64,000 nt of DNA from NCBI GenBank assembly GCA_965218295.1, contig CBDCKN010000012.1, forward strand, positions 64,001 through 128,000, written 5' to 3'. This DNA comes from Longimicrobiales bacterium. Lineage in GTDB: Bacteria > Gemmatimonadota > Gemmatimonadetes > Longimicrobiales > Gaopeijiaceae. Position numbers and translations under genes: made by a program. A model generated the notes under the pieces. It was not told where the DNA came from. It searched no databases and worked only from the letters and a program-made list of their open reading frames with translations. Positions 1 through 9,479 of this stretch are shown here, in pieces (positions within the stretch are counted from its first letter, which is position 1; the number at the start of each line of letters is the position of its first letter).

Positions 1-150
1 CGCAGGAGCTGCCGCGCTTCGCTTACCGTCCCAGGTTGGTGGGGCTATTCCATTCTCTTTCATTCTCTCTCGGTGTCTCAGCATCCTCGGTTTCTCTGCC
101 TTCGCCCTACTCTAATTCCTTAGCTGCTCCGTGTCTCACGTAAGTTGGCA
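1..150 (-). mobile_element. Left end of an IS3-family element, truncated by the window edge; same element as 1651-3203
   Basis: Bases 1-150 match 3054-3203 and end in the IRL (minus strand TGCCAACTTACGTGAGACAC). Confidence 0.9.
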
Positions 151-157
151 GAGAGGG

Positions 158-325
158 GAACGCGAAGTAATAGAACCGCATGAATCCCCAGAGGGCGACG
201 CCCAGAAGCAGCGCCACGCGGAGACTCGGGTTTTCCCAGACGAGTATGGCGGAGGCGGACAGCCCGATGAGGAGCATGAGAATGCCTTTGAGAATAATCA
301 GGCGGAAGCTGGTGAGATCTTTCAT
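158..325 (-). pseudogene. Small membrane protein, 3' end truncated by the IS
   Basis: Hydrophobic ORF MKDLTSFRLIILKGILMLLIG...FMRFYYFAF runs directly into IS-end-derived PSLPTYVRHG. Confidence 0.55.
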
Positions 326-863
326 AGCGTTCATGGCGCGGGCGGGATTCGTCGAGGTTGCCTGAATGTCGCATTGAATGTCCGGGTTCACCAGTCGATT
401 TGGACTCAGTGGGGCGACGGATAGGAAAGTGAACCGCCCTCTGGGGCCAGGAAGCAAAGAAGCGAAAAACAAAGGCCATTTGACACCCGATTACGCCTAT
501 GCTCCTGTCCAGCGGTACCTATGTGGTACCTACAGCGCGAAAACGGCAAGCTCCTCATCCCCCTCCTCAAATCCCGCCCATGCCCCCCATTGGGTCCCAT
601 TACGCACCCTTTAGATATGAACGCAGCTTGAGCGGCTCATGATCGAGGTGGAGGGCTCGTGTGTGCGCGTTATTGAGCGGCGGAAGCTGGTTGTGCTGTT
701 GCGTGGATTGAGCGGTTGAGGTGGCACGGTTGGCGCTTCCTATGCACGATGCCCCACTACGTAGTCCTAGTCCGCCTGCTACGTAATCTGCCGTACGGAT
801 GCGACTCCTCTGAAACGGCATTGTTGTCTTGCACGAAGACAACGACTCGATTTGGAGGGAGAG

Positions 864-1240
864 ATGATTAGAGCCGCGCGGATTCTCGGACTTATTGCGG
901 CGGTCACGATTCTGGGTGGCTGCGATCTGATCACGAACTCGGATGAATCCAGCGTGACGCTGTCGGGCACGGTGACTCGCGGGGGTGAGCCAATTTCGTT
1001 CGTCCGGGTCACGCTCTGGCCGCCCGCAAGAGGGTATTGTGGTCTCCTCTGTGGAGCCAGAGTGCTTTACGAGGGACGGTCACTAATCAGGACGGTTTTT
1101 AGGCTATCAACGCGGTCATCCCCCCTGACGAGTGTCGAGACGCCTTCGTTAGCATTTCTGGCCTTGATACGCCCACCGTGAGCGTGCCCCTTCGCGGATG
1201 CGGAGTGCGCACCATCGACTACGATTTCCCACCGGGCTAG
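864..1240 (+). pseudogene. Degraded lipoprotein gene
   Basis: RBS GGAGG and lipobox ILGGC. The likely continuation (VTNQDGF*AINAVIPPDEC...DYDFPPG*) lies in another frame and has an internal stop. Confidence 0.45.
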
Positions 1241-1253
1241 CGTGGGAGGCACC

Positions 1254-1650
1254 ATGTCAGCGACGAGTAACAGGCTACCCAAGGTGAGGTTATTCAGAAG
1301 GACGCGTGGTCTGACGATCGTCGGGCTGTGGGCGTTCGCACCGCCGGTCTTCCTCCAATCAGATGGGAGGGGCGGGCTGGAGGTTTCGATAGGCGCGAGC
1401 GCCGGGCAGTATGAGGTAGTCACACGCAGTTGCACCGGTGCCGTCCTCTCCTCACGCCCGGTGCCAGTGCGCACGGGTGGAGTCCTCCTCGAGTTCGAGC
1501 CGGCGGAGTCCCCCTTCCGAATAGCGGGATTTGGCGGGACAACCTCGGTGTCTGGGGAGCCCTCCGAACAGGGAGGACTGTACGCGGGGGCTCTGGTAGC
1601 CTACGAGGGTGGCTGGATCGGCCTCGGTGCAGGCCCGGTTCGACGGAACC
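1254..1650 (+). pseudogene. Exported/outer-membrane protein fragment, truncated by the IS at 1651
   Basis: RBS GGAGG, signal-like N-terminus, Gly-rich beta-strand-like segments; the ORF reads into the IS end. Confidence 0.45.
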
Positions 1651-1683
1651 TGTCAACGCCAGTGAGACACTCTTGGAAATCAA

Positions 1684-2691
1684 TTAGAGAGCAATCTCCT
1701 GTGTAGTGAGGGATGGGGTGGGAGGATTGATCCAGACGGCCTCCGGGAGTGGTTTAGGCTTCGGCTCACCGGAGACGAAGCGCTCGGGATGAGCGGCCCA
1801 TGCCTCACGGAGCACGGCCTTCCTGCAGGCGATGATCCGATCGGCGTGACCGAAGTGGACCTGTTCGGGGGTCAGCATCGAGATGCCGCCATGGCGGTGC
1901 TCGGCATTATACCAACGGAAGAACGAGCGACAGAAGGTCTTGGCTTGCCCCTGATCCCCGAACCGGCCGGGAAACGAGGGATGGTACTTCAAGGTCTTGA
2001 ACTGAGCCTCGGAGAACGGATTGTCATCCGAGACCTGGGGTCGGCCCAACGAGCGGGTCACGCCGAGATCGGCGAGTAGTTGAGCCGTGCATTGGCTCGT
2101 CATCGGAGCCCCTCGATCGGAATGCAGGGTCAGGAGGTGGGGCTGGACGCCATGCTTCAAGCAACTCTGCTGGATCAGCCGGCTGGCCAGGGCAGAGTTC
2201 TCCCGATCCGCCACCATCCATCCCACGACGTAGCGGCTGAAGATGTCCAGGATCACGTAGAGGTAGAAGTAACTCCACTTCTTCGGCCCCAGCAGCCGGG
2301 TGATATCCCAGGACCAGACCTGGTTCGGGCCCCTCGCCATCAACTCGGGCTTCTGGTATTTGGGATGACTCCGCTGCGCTCGACGCTCCTGAACCGGCAC
2401 CTGGGAAGCCAGAACGCGATACATCGTACGCTCGCTGCACAGGTAGACGTCCTCGTCGAGCAGCGTCGCCACCACCTCGGCTGGGGACCGGTCCACGAAC
2501 CGCTCCGAACACAGGGTGTCGAAAATCTTGTCCCGCTCCCTCTCGCTTAAGGCCCGGGCGGGGGTCGGGCGGGGCTGCTGATGCCCGGTCGATGCACTCC
2601 GACGACGGTAGAACGTGGCTCGCGGCACCCTGAGCGCATCGCACGCGGGCTTCACCCCTACGTGCTTGGCTAGCTCCTGGGTCGCCTTCAT
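1684..2691 (-). CDS. IS3-family transposase OrfB (DDE/rve)
   Basis: Motifs WSWDIT, LHSDRG, DNPFSEAQFKTLK; overlaps orfA by ATGA. Confidence 0.92.
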   Translation of the reverse strand: MKATQELAKHVGVKPACDALRVPRATFYRRRSASTGHQQPRPTPARALSERERDKIFDTLCSERFVDRSPAEVVATLLDEDVYLCSERTMYRVLASQVPVQERRAQRSHPKYQKPELMARGPNQVWSWDITRLLGPKKWSYFYLYVILDIFSRYVVGWMVADRENSALASRLIQQSCLKHGVQPHLLTLHSDRGAPMTSQCTAQLLADLGVTRSLGRPQVSDDNPFSEAQFKTLKYHPSFPGRFGDQGQAKTFCRSFFRWYNAEHRHGGISMLTPEQVHFGHADRIIACRKAVLREAWAAHPERFVSGEPKPKPLPEAVWINPPTPSLTTQEIAL

Positions 2692-3137
2692 GAGTTCGTC
2701 CCGTCCTCGAGGCTCAATCCCAGCAGCCCTGCAACTTTTCCCTGGACGTCGATGATCAAGTGCGCCTTCTGGAGCTCCTTTTCGAGGCGAGTGTTCTCGC
2801 GCTCCAGCTTGCGCACCTTCTCCTCCAGCGGATTGCGCTCGCGCTTACGGCCTCGTTTCTTCGACAGCGCTTTCAGGGACCCGCTATGCGCCGCCTTGCG
2901 CCATGTCGTCAGGTGCGACGAGTACAAGCCCTCCCGCCGTAGGAGTCGGCCAACCTCTCCGGGCTCCGTGCACCGGTCCGCTTCTTCGACGATCCGCAGC
3001 TTGTACGACGGAGCGAACCGCCGGCGCAGCGGCCTATCTACCACCTCCGAGTCCGCAGGAGCTGCCGCGCTTCGCTTACCGTCCCAGGTTGGTGGGGCTA
3101 TTCCATTCTCTTTCATTCTCTCTCGGTGTCTCAGCAT
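2688..3137 (-). CDS. IS3-family OrfA (HTH)
   Basis: RRRFAPSYKLRIVEEAD...LLRREGLYSSHLTTWR followed by a coiled coil. Confidence 0.88.
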   Translation of the reverse strand: MLRHRERMKENGIAPPTWDGKRSAAAPADSEVVDRPLRRRFAPSYKLRIVEEADRCTEPGEVGRLLRREGLYSSHLTTWRKAAHSGSLKALSKKRGRKRERNPLEEKVRKLERENTRLEKELQKAHLIIDVQGKVAGLLGLSLEDGTNS

Positions 3138-3416
3138 CCTCGGTTTCTCTGCCTTCGCCCTACTCTAATTCCTTAGCTGCTCCGTGTCTCACGTAAGTTG
3201 GCAGAGAGGGCGAGTACCCGGGAATCAGACGGTGCCCTGTCGGAGCCGGAGCGAGCCGATAACGGCCCCCCAAGCCACGAGAACGCTCCAGCCGAACCCG
3301 GAATTCCGAAAGCCCTCAGAACGTCTCTAAGGGCAACTCTCCGGCCTTCTGCTTGCGCCACCCGGCCCGCCCTCGGATGTTGCTCAGGTCTATCTGCCGT
3401 AGCCGAGGACATTCAG

Positions 3417-3516
3417 ATGTCCGATCCAGTTGTCCGCCTGAACGCGGCCCTAGAAGGCCGCTACACCATCGAGCGCGAGCTCGGTGAAGGCGGGGACGGC
3501 GACCGTGTATCTGGTG
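3417..3516 (+). pseudogene. N-terminal fragment of a Ser/Thr protein kinase
   Basis: MSDPVVRLNAALEGRYTIERELGEGG, then frameshifted ATVYL (Hanks kinase subdomain I). RBS GAGG upstream. Confidence 0.75.
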
Positions 3517-3568
3517 GAGTGGAATCGCAAGGATAGGTTTTGGTGACACGAATTGAAGGGAGTACGCT

Positions 3569-4243
3569 ATGAGGATTTGGGTCGACAGCGCGGACATTGA
3601 TTTCGTTAAGAAGGCGGCAGCCACGGGAGTCGTTGCTGGAATAACGACCTATCCTCCTGCCTGGGTGGAAGAGTGCGGTGGAGACTTCACACAGAGGCTC
3701 AAGGAACTGGTAGAGGCGGTGCCCGGGTCAGTGTGCGGTCATGTGGTCAGTACTGAGGTCGACGTGATCGTCGAAGAAGGTCGGGCGATGGCGAAGCTCG
3801 GCGACCGGGTGTACGTGAAGGTTCCAGCGGATGCCGTGGGCGTGACGGCGATGACTCGGTTGTGCAAGGAAGGTATCAATGTGGCAGCAACTGCGGTAAA
3901 CAGTATCGACAAGGCCCTTTGTGCGATGGCTACCGGAGCGCGTTACCTGATGCCCTATACGGCGTACCTCGATGGCATAGGCGTTGACGGGGCAGGATTT
4001 GTTGCCGAGTTAAGGCGCATCATCGACCTCAGTGGCAGTTCGGTGGAAATTGTCTCTTGCGTCGATACGGCCGAGCAATTTGCCGCCTCCGCCCGTGCCG
4101 GCGCACATGCCGCCACGATCGTTCCCACCGGTTTCTGGGGGATATTTCAGCATGAACCCACGGACAACCTGGTGGCAACATTCTACAAAGTTTGGCACGA
4201 TCATTACGGCAAGCAGAACTGGGCAACCGGGTACCAAAAGTAA
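3569..4243 (+). CDS. Transaldolase/fructose-6-phosphate aldolase (TalC/FSA) fold protein with a divergent active site
   Basis: IWVDSAD, GITTYP, VYVKVP (Schiff-base Lys), GAHAATI; 224 aa is typical for TalC/FSA. Confidence 0.85.
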   Translation: MRIWVDSADIDFVKKAAATGVVAGITTYPPAWVEECGGDFTQRLKELVEAVPGSVCGHVVSTEVDVIVEEGRAMAKLGDRVYVKVPADAVGVTAMTRLCKEGINVAATAVNSIDKALCAMATGARYLMPYTAYLDGIGVDGAGFVAELRRIIDLSGSSVEIVSCVDTAEQFAASARAGAHAATIVPTGFWGIFQHEPTDNLVATFYKVWHDHYGKQNWATGYQK

Positions 4244-4309
4244 AGTCAATCGGCGTCCTGCGGACGCCCCAACCATTCCAAGAGATTCTTGGTGATGAAA
4301 GGAACAATC

Positions 4310-4444
4310 ATGCTGCAAAGTGATATGCCTCCTGGGCTGCTTGAAGCGGCCCAGCAGGGCGTTGACTGGGTCTTGGCGCAGCAGCGCCCCGACGGATCGT
4401 TCAGTGATGCCGCGGACGGTACCCAAGCCTATTACAAAGCTTGA
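4310..4444 (+). pseudogene. N-terminal fragment of a QW-repeat (prenyltransferase/squalene cyclase-like) protein
   Basis: RBS GAAAGGA; MLQSDMPPGLLEAAQQGVDWVLAQQRPDGSFSDAADGTQAYYKA*; contains the W-x-x-x-Q-Q-x-x-D-G-S-F motif. Not in the ORF track. Confidence 0.55.
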
Positions 4445-4543
4445 CTTCAACTTTGAAGTGCAACGCGGACTGGGTCTCTCAAGGCCGATCGGGCCGCCAG
4501 GGACAACCAACCGTGCGCGAGAGTAGCTATCCGGTCGTCTGAG

Positions 4544-4622
4544 TCCCCTCCCATCCGCTGAGTTCCCGCCAGGCAACCCGAGTTTTTGGGGTCCCACTTG
4601 GGGTCCCATAGGCCCCTTTTCG
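4544..4622. repeat. tRNA-linked att-like element, copy A (partial)
   Basis: GAGTTCCCGCCAGGCAACCCGAGTTTTTGGGGTCCCACTTGGGGTCCCATAGGCCCCTTTTCG aligns with 17061-17223 and 19581-19719. Confidence 0.8.
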
Positions 4623-4835
4623 AGTGACCCTGACCCCCTGAACCCCATTAAACACATCTTATACGCTAAACCACGGGAGATCCCCGGTTTCATTCGGGTT
4701 TCGGAGGAAATTTCCTGGAGTCGGAATCGCCGTTTCCAGGCATCCAGGGGGGTTACGGATTGGAGAAGGTATTGGAGGAGCGGTCATTCAACTGATGGTG
4801 AAAGTTTGGTGCACGAGGCGGCAAAGTTGAGGACG

Positions 4836-4895
4836 TTGACACACGGGATGGCCAGCTTTAGGTTTGCCTAAATCCTATTTTTAGTCGCGCCTAAC
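4836..4895 (+). promoter_or_regulatory. Sigma70-type promoter overlapped by tandem DtxR/MntR-family operator boxes
   Basis: -35 TTGACA (4836-4841), 17-bp spacer, -10 TAGGTT (4859-4864). Palindromes TTTAGGTTTGCCTAAA (4857-4872) and TTTAGTCGCGCCTAAC (4880-4895) both fit TTAG-N6-CTAA. Confidence 0.7.
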
Positions 4896-4911
4896 TTTAA
4901 GGCGGAATTAT

Positions 4912-6168
4912 GTGAGTGAATTGAGGATCGCTCTCGTGCTGCTTGGTGGCCTGGCGATGGCCGGGTGTGATGCCCTCACGCCCAGCGCCCCGGCCGAGGA
5001 AGAGGTACTGGACGGGACCATCGAAGGGATGACCGGATCGCAGGTCGGGCAGCACCTGGCAGGCGACAAAGAGTTCGGTCGTGTCTTCGCCGAAGAGGAC
5101 GGCCTGGGCCCAATCTTCGTTGCATCGTCGTGCGAGCAGTGCCACGCCGGTGACGGGAAGGGCCACCCGGTCTTCAACCTCGTCCGTTTCGGGCGTCCCG
5201 GCCCGTCGGGCTTCGATCCGATGATCGAGTTCGGTGGTCCGCAGCTCCAGCATCGCTCGATCTCGGGCTATCCGGCGGAGGTCGTGCCCGTGGAGGCCGT
5301 GGGCGTATCGACGTTCAACCCACCTGCCGTCACCGGTCTCGGTTTCCTCGATGCGGTAGAGGACGCCACGTTGATCGCACTCGCCGATCCGGCGGACGCC
5401 GACAACGACGGGATCTCGGGTCGACTCCAGCTCCACGACCCGAGCGAGCTCATCGAAGAGGCGCTCGAGCTCGAGCGCCGTGGCTCGCCCGATCCGGACG
5501 CGCGTGGGACACTGGTCAACGGCCAGTACATCGGCCGCTTCGGGAAGAAGGCCCTCACCGTGAACCTGCTTCACCAGACGGTCGGGGCGTACCAGCAGGA
5601 CATGGGGGTGACCAGCGACCTGCTCCTCGAGGATCTCTTCAACCCCGCCGCCGGCAGCCGTGCATCCGACGAAGCACCCGACCCGGAAGTCTCCAGCGCC
5701 ACCGTCTCGAACGTCGTCTTCTACCTGAAGACGCTCCGCGCACCGTCACGGCGCGACGAAGGACATTCCGAGGTCTTCGCCGGCGAACAGCTCTTCTCCG
5801 CCATCGGCTGCGCGGCGTGCCACGTGCCTACGCTCCAAACGGGAGCCTCGGAGATCGAGGTTCTCGATCGGGCGCAGTTCCATCCGTACACCGATCTGCT
5901 GCTCCACGACATGGGCCCGGAGCTCGACGACGGGTACACGGAGGGCATCGCGCTCACGTCGGAGTGGCGGACGCCGCCGCTCTGGGGCATCGGCATCCAG
6001 GACGCGTTCCAGGGTGGCGAGACCTTCTTCCTGCACGACGGCCGGGCGCAGACGCTGGCGGAAGCGATTGGGCTGCACGGCGGTGAGGGAGCGGCGGCGC
6101 GGACCGGGTTCCAGGCCCTGTCGGCCGACGATCAGGCACGCTTGATCCGTTTCCTCGAATCGTTGTAG
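4912..6168 (+). CDS. Di-haem oxidoreductase family (DHOR) lipoprotein
   Basis: Lipobox LAMAGC; two CxxCH motifs (CEQCH, CAACH); DGISGR, GRFGKKA, PYTDLLLHDMG, EWRTPPLWG, FLHDGRA. Confidence 0.88.
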   Translation: MSELRIALVLLGGLAMAGCDALTPSAPAEEEVLDGTIEGMTGSQVGQHLAGDKEFGRVFAEEDGLGPIFVASSCEQCHAGDGKGHPVFNLVRFGRPGPSGFDPMIEFGGPQLQHRSISGYPAEVVPVEAVGVSTFNPPAVTGLGFLDAVEDATLIALADPADADNDGISGRLQLHDPSELIEEALELERRGSPDPDARGTLVNGQYIGRFGKKALTVNLLHQTVGAYQQDMGVTSDLLLEDLFNPAAGSRASDEAPDPEVSSATVSNVVFYLKTLRAPSRRDEGHSEVFAGEQLFSAIGCAACHVPTLQTGASEIEVLDRAQFHPYTDLLLHDMGPELDDGYTEGIALTSEWRTPPLWGIGIQDAFQGGETFFLHDGRAQTLAEAIGLHGGEGAAARTGFQALSADDQARLIRFLESL

Positions 6169-6179
6169 GGGGCGCGACG

Positions 6180-6614
6180 ATGAAGCGACGAGGTTTCGTC
6201 CAGCGACTGCCCGTTCTCACGGTCGGGCTGGCCGCGGGCGCCTCCGCCGCGATGATCGGCGGATGTGCCTCGGTGCCCTACCTGGTGCCCCAACTGACCC
6301 CGCGTGGTCTGTCGCTGCCGGCGTCCGAGCTGGGTCCGGAAGGAGAGGCCTTCGTGCAGGCTCCGGACATGGAACGACCCGTCTACGTCCGGCGACACGC
6401 GTCGGGTTCGTTGACCGCGGTGCTCGCCGCATGCACGCACCGCGGATGCCAGCCTGAACCGGTGGGCGATCGACTCGAATGTCCGTGCCACGGAAGCCAA
6501 TTCAGCTTCGAGGGCGAGGTGCTCGCCGGGCCGGCGGACCGACCCCTGACCCGCTACGAAATCGTAGAAACGGATGGGGAGATCGTGGTGCGACTCCCGG
6601 GAGGCGCACGATGA
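6180..6614 (+). CDS. Tat-exported Rieske [2Fe-2S] (lipo)protein
   Basis: Twin-arginine MKRRGF, possible lipobox IGGC, Rieske boxes CTHRGC and CPCHGSQF. Confidence 0.9.
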   Translation: MKRRGFVQRLPVLTVGLAAGASAAMIGGCASVPYLVPQLTPRGLSLPASELGPEGEAFVQAPDMERPVYVRRHASGSLTAVLAACTHRGCQPEPVGDRLECPCHGSQFSFEGEVLAGPADRPLTRYEIVETDGEIVVRLPGGAR

Positions 6615-7813
6615 CAGCCACGACGATCACCCGCATCCTGACCACGCTCGTGGCGATGACGGCGATCTCGGCAGGGGTCGAGCCGGTGTCAGCTCAGGTG
6701 GACTCGACGCTGGCGCAGGACGGCATTTACAACCGTCCGTTCATCGGCTCGATCTCTTCGACATCGATCGGAGGCTACGTCGAGGGCAACACGAACTACT
6801 TCGTCGAGGACGGGGTCTCGGAAGGCTTCTCGATGGAGCTCCGGCGATTCAACATCTTTCTCTTCTCGCAGGTATCGCAGCGGATCCGCTTCCTGTCAGA
6901 GCTGGAGTTCGAGCACGGCACGGAGGAGATCGCGCTCGAGACCGCGCTCGTCGACTTCCAGCTCGGACCGGGACTCGTGCTGCGCGGCGGCGTCATCCTC
7001 GCACCACTCGGCTACCTGAACCAGAACCACGACAGCCCGCAGTGGGACTTCGTCGAACGCCCGCTGGTCACGACCGACATCATCCCGTCGACGCTCTCCG
7101 AGGTCGGCTTCGGAGCGTACGGCAAGTTCGCAAGCGGTGAGCTCGTCTTCTCGTACGATGCGTACCTGACGAACGGCCTCGGCGCCGCGATTCTGACCAA
7201 CGAGACCGGCCGCACGGACATCCCATCCGGCAAGGACGAGGAGCTCTTCGGCGAGGACAACAACGGCTCCCCCGCCCTCTCGGGACGACTCGCTCTTCGG
7301 CATACGGGGCTCGGCGAGGTCGGCGTCTCGTACTACGGCGGCTACTACAACGACTTCCAGGTCGAGGGCGAGCAGGTCGACGAGAAGCGCTGGATGGGCA
7401 TCGCCGCGCTCGACTTCCGCGGCGACATCGGCCCCACCTCGATACGAGGAGAGGTCGTGTACGCATCCGTCGACGTGCCCGAGAGCCTCTCCGAAGTCCA
7501 CGGCGACACTCAGTGGGGTGCGTACCTGGACGTCCTGATGCCCGTATGGCGACCACGCTTCCTCGGCTACACGGATGCGGTCGTCACCGCCGGACTTCGA
7601 CTCGAGACGGTCGACTACAACGTCGGCACTTTCTCTTCCACGGGCTCGAAGATCGGCGACCAGGTGACGGGGATCGTTCCGTCGATCACCTTCCGGCCGA
7701 CCTCCGTTACGGTGTTCCGGGCGAACTACCGGTATCACTGGGCCACGGACTTCCAGGGCAACGACCCGGCGCGCATCGCAGGCTTCCAGCTCGGGTTCGC
7801 GACGTACTTCTGA
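6611..7813 (+). CDS. Outer-membrane beta-barrel (porin-like) protein
   Basis: Signal peptide ending VSA-Q, ELEFEHG motif, alternating beta strands, C-terminal FQLGFATYF; ATGA overlap with the Rieske gene. Confidence 0.75.
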   Translation: MTATTITRILTTLVAMTAISAGVEPVSAQVDSTLAQDGIYNRPFIGSISSTSIGGYVEGNTNYFVEDGVSEGFSMELRRFNIFLFSQVSQRIRFLSELEFEHGTEEIALETALVDFQLGPGLVLRGGVILAPLGYLNQNHDSPQWDFVERPLVTTDIIPSTLSEVGFGAYGKFASGELVFSYDAYLTNGLGAAILTNETGRTDIPSGKDEELFGEDNNGSPALSGRLALRHTGLGEVGVSYYGGYYNDFQVEGEQVDEKRWMGIAALDFRGDIGPTSIRGEVVYASVDVPESLSEVHGDTQWGAYLDVLMPVWRPRFLGYTDAVVTAGLRLETVDYNVGTFSSTGSKIGDQVTGIVPSITFRPTSVTVFRANYRYHWATDFQGNDPARIAGFQLGFATYF

Positions 7814-7869
7814 GGAACGCGGTCTCGGGGGGCTTCGGCAAGAGGTAGCCGGAGCGCCCCGGGGGAGAC

Positions 7870-8240
7870 TGACCTGACCCCCTGAAACGAGACCAGGTGC
7901 AATGTTAGGATCGACCTGGTCTGAAGCTTTTCAGCGAGGAGGTCAGGATGGGAAGGAAGCGACACACTCCGGAGCAGATCATCACTGCACTGCGGGAGGC
8001 AGAGGTGGGTCTGGCCCGCGGCAAATCCGTGAAGCTGATCAGCCGGGAGCTGGGCATCACCGAGCAGACGTACTACCGGTGGAGGCGGGAGTACGGCGGG
8101 ATGAAGGTGAGCCAGGCACGGCGCCTGAAGGAGCTCGAGCGCGAGAACGGGCGCCTGAAGCGAGCAGTGGCGGACTTGACACTGGACAAGCTGATCCTGG
8201 AGGAAGCGGCCGAGGGAAACTTCTGAGCCCCGAGCGCCGC
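7870..8240 (+). mobile_element. Truncated IS3-family (IS407-group) element: IRL plus orfA
   Basis: End TGACCTGACCCCCTGAAACGAGACCAGG resembles 11037; orfA at 7948-8226; GGGAAAC slippery site at 8214-8220; orfB missing. Confidence 0.85.
7948..8226 (+). CDS. IS407-group OrfA
   Basis: KRHTPEQIITALREAE...EQTYYRWRREYGGM...LKRAVADLTLDK. Confidence 0.9.
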   Translation: MGRKRHTPEQIITALREAEVGLARGKSVKLISRELGITEQTYYRWRREYGGMKVSQARRLKELERENGRLKRAVADLTLDKLILEEAAEGNF

Positions 8241-8242
8241 GC

Positions 8243-9126
8243 ACCTGACGTTCGAGTTCAGAGCGGTGAAGGGAACCGAGGATGTGTTCGTGCCTCCCGA
8301 ATCATCTCAAGGGCCTTTTCCAGGCCTCGATGGGATGCGCTTTGACGAGTCCCAATGCGACACCGTGCCGGGCGATCATACGTCCATGGTCAAGCCCCTG
8401 AACGAGGGGGATGACTGCGTTGCATTCGTGATCGCACGGATACAGGGGGAGGCGGCTCTAACCGGGATCTGGTCGGCTTCCTGGGAGGCCATTGGGACAG
8501 GAGAGGCCCAAGCCACAGTCCAGAAGTACGGTGCGAATCCGGCCGATCTCGATAAGAAGACCCGTGTAGCCCTCGCGCTCGCCTACGATGTTCTGGGCGA
8601 TCGGGACAAGGCGATCGAAGTTATCAAGACGAGCGCGGAGGGCGACGCGGACGCGATGGGAACGCTCGCGGGTCGATACAAGCGCTCATGGCGGGACACC
8701 CGAAGTGAAACACAGGCCAAGCAGGCGCTGGACCTCTATCAGGCCGCATATGAAGTCGCCACGGAGGACGCCGCCGCGAAGATGGCCTACTACAACGGCG
8801 TCAACGTCGCCTACATGAAGCTCGCGGCTCTTGACGATGCCGGGGGCGCACGGGACATGGCGAACGACGTGCTGCACTGGCTCGCGGAGTCCCATGAGGA
8901 GGATCCTCCGTGGAAGGAGGCGACGGAAGGCGAGGCGTTGTTGTACGTTGGGAAGAAAGACGAGGCGATCCAGCGGTACCGTGCAGCTATCGAGTCGCGC
9001 CCTGCGGGTGAGCCACCTAAGCCCTGGATGCTCGCATCAATGTACCAGCAAGCGATCAGCATCGGCCGGTCCCTCAACGACCAGGACCTCATCGAAGCGA
9101 TCGAATAACTCTTCCGCGGAGAATAA
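8243..9126 (+). pseudogene. 5'-truncated alpha/beta-hydrolase fused to a TPR sensor (TPR-S / TRAF-binding DUF4071-like) domain
   Basis: Hydrolase tail AVKGTEDVFVPPESS...VPGDHTSMVKP, then helical DAMGTLAGRYKRSW, YYNGVNVAYM, WKEATEGEA. TAA at 9106-9108 is followed in frame by LFRGE*. Confidence 0.65.
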
Positions 9127-9159
9127 CGTGCAGCGTGAGGGGGGCGGGGACATACGATC

Positions 9160-9408
9160 ATGAGCAATCTACGAGAGTACCGGCGACGGGATGGTACGCC
9201 GGTGACCGCTACCCAGCTAAATCTCGACACAGACGGCTTCACGTACCGGAAGTGGGGCGGCGTTCAAACCGCGTCGCCTGGGGACTGGCTTGTGAACCGA
9301 GAAGACGAGGCGTATACGGTGGAACGCGAGGTCTTCGAACGCACCTACCGGATGATCAGTCCCGGCTTGTATGAAAAAGCGACCCCGGTATGGGCGCGCG
9401 TCGCGGAG
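9160..9408 (+). pseudogene. PGDYG-like protein, truncated by an IS end
   Basis: FTYRKWGGVQTASPGDWLV...YTVEREVFERTY...EKATPVWARVAE, then IS-derived PSLPTYVRHG. Confidence 0.6.
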
Positions 9409-9415
9409 CCCTCTC

Positions 9416-9478
9416 TGCCAACTTACGTGAGACACGGAGCAGCTAAGGAATTAGAGTAGGGCGAAGGCAGAGAAACCG
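9416..9478 (+). mobile_element. Isolated 63-bp left end of the IS3-family element
   Basis: Reverse complement of 3141-3203 (TGCCAACTTACGTGAGACACGGAGC...AGAAACCG). Confidence 0.9.
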
Positions 9479-9479
9479 G

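Larger units (their letters stand above)
1651..3203 (-). mobile_element. IS3-family insertion sequence, complete
   Basis: Imperfect terminal IRs TGTCAACGCCAGTGAGACAC / TGCCAACTTACGTGAGACAC enclose orfA and orfB. Confidence 0.92.

Noticed and set aside
560..605. TGCCCCCCAT-TGGGTCCCAT as a fourth att-like copy
   Set aside because: Only ~10 bp resemble the arm-like repeat; the rest of the block is absent.
4625..4643. TGACCCTGACCCCCTGAAC resembling the IS407-group left end
   Set aside because: Too short, and no transposase sequence follows; at most a scar that truncates att-like copy A.
107..9459. Shared C-terminal peptide PSLPTYVRHGAAKELE on ORFs 107-472 and 9160-9459
   Set aside because: It is read-through into the same IS end, not a real shared domain or tag.
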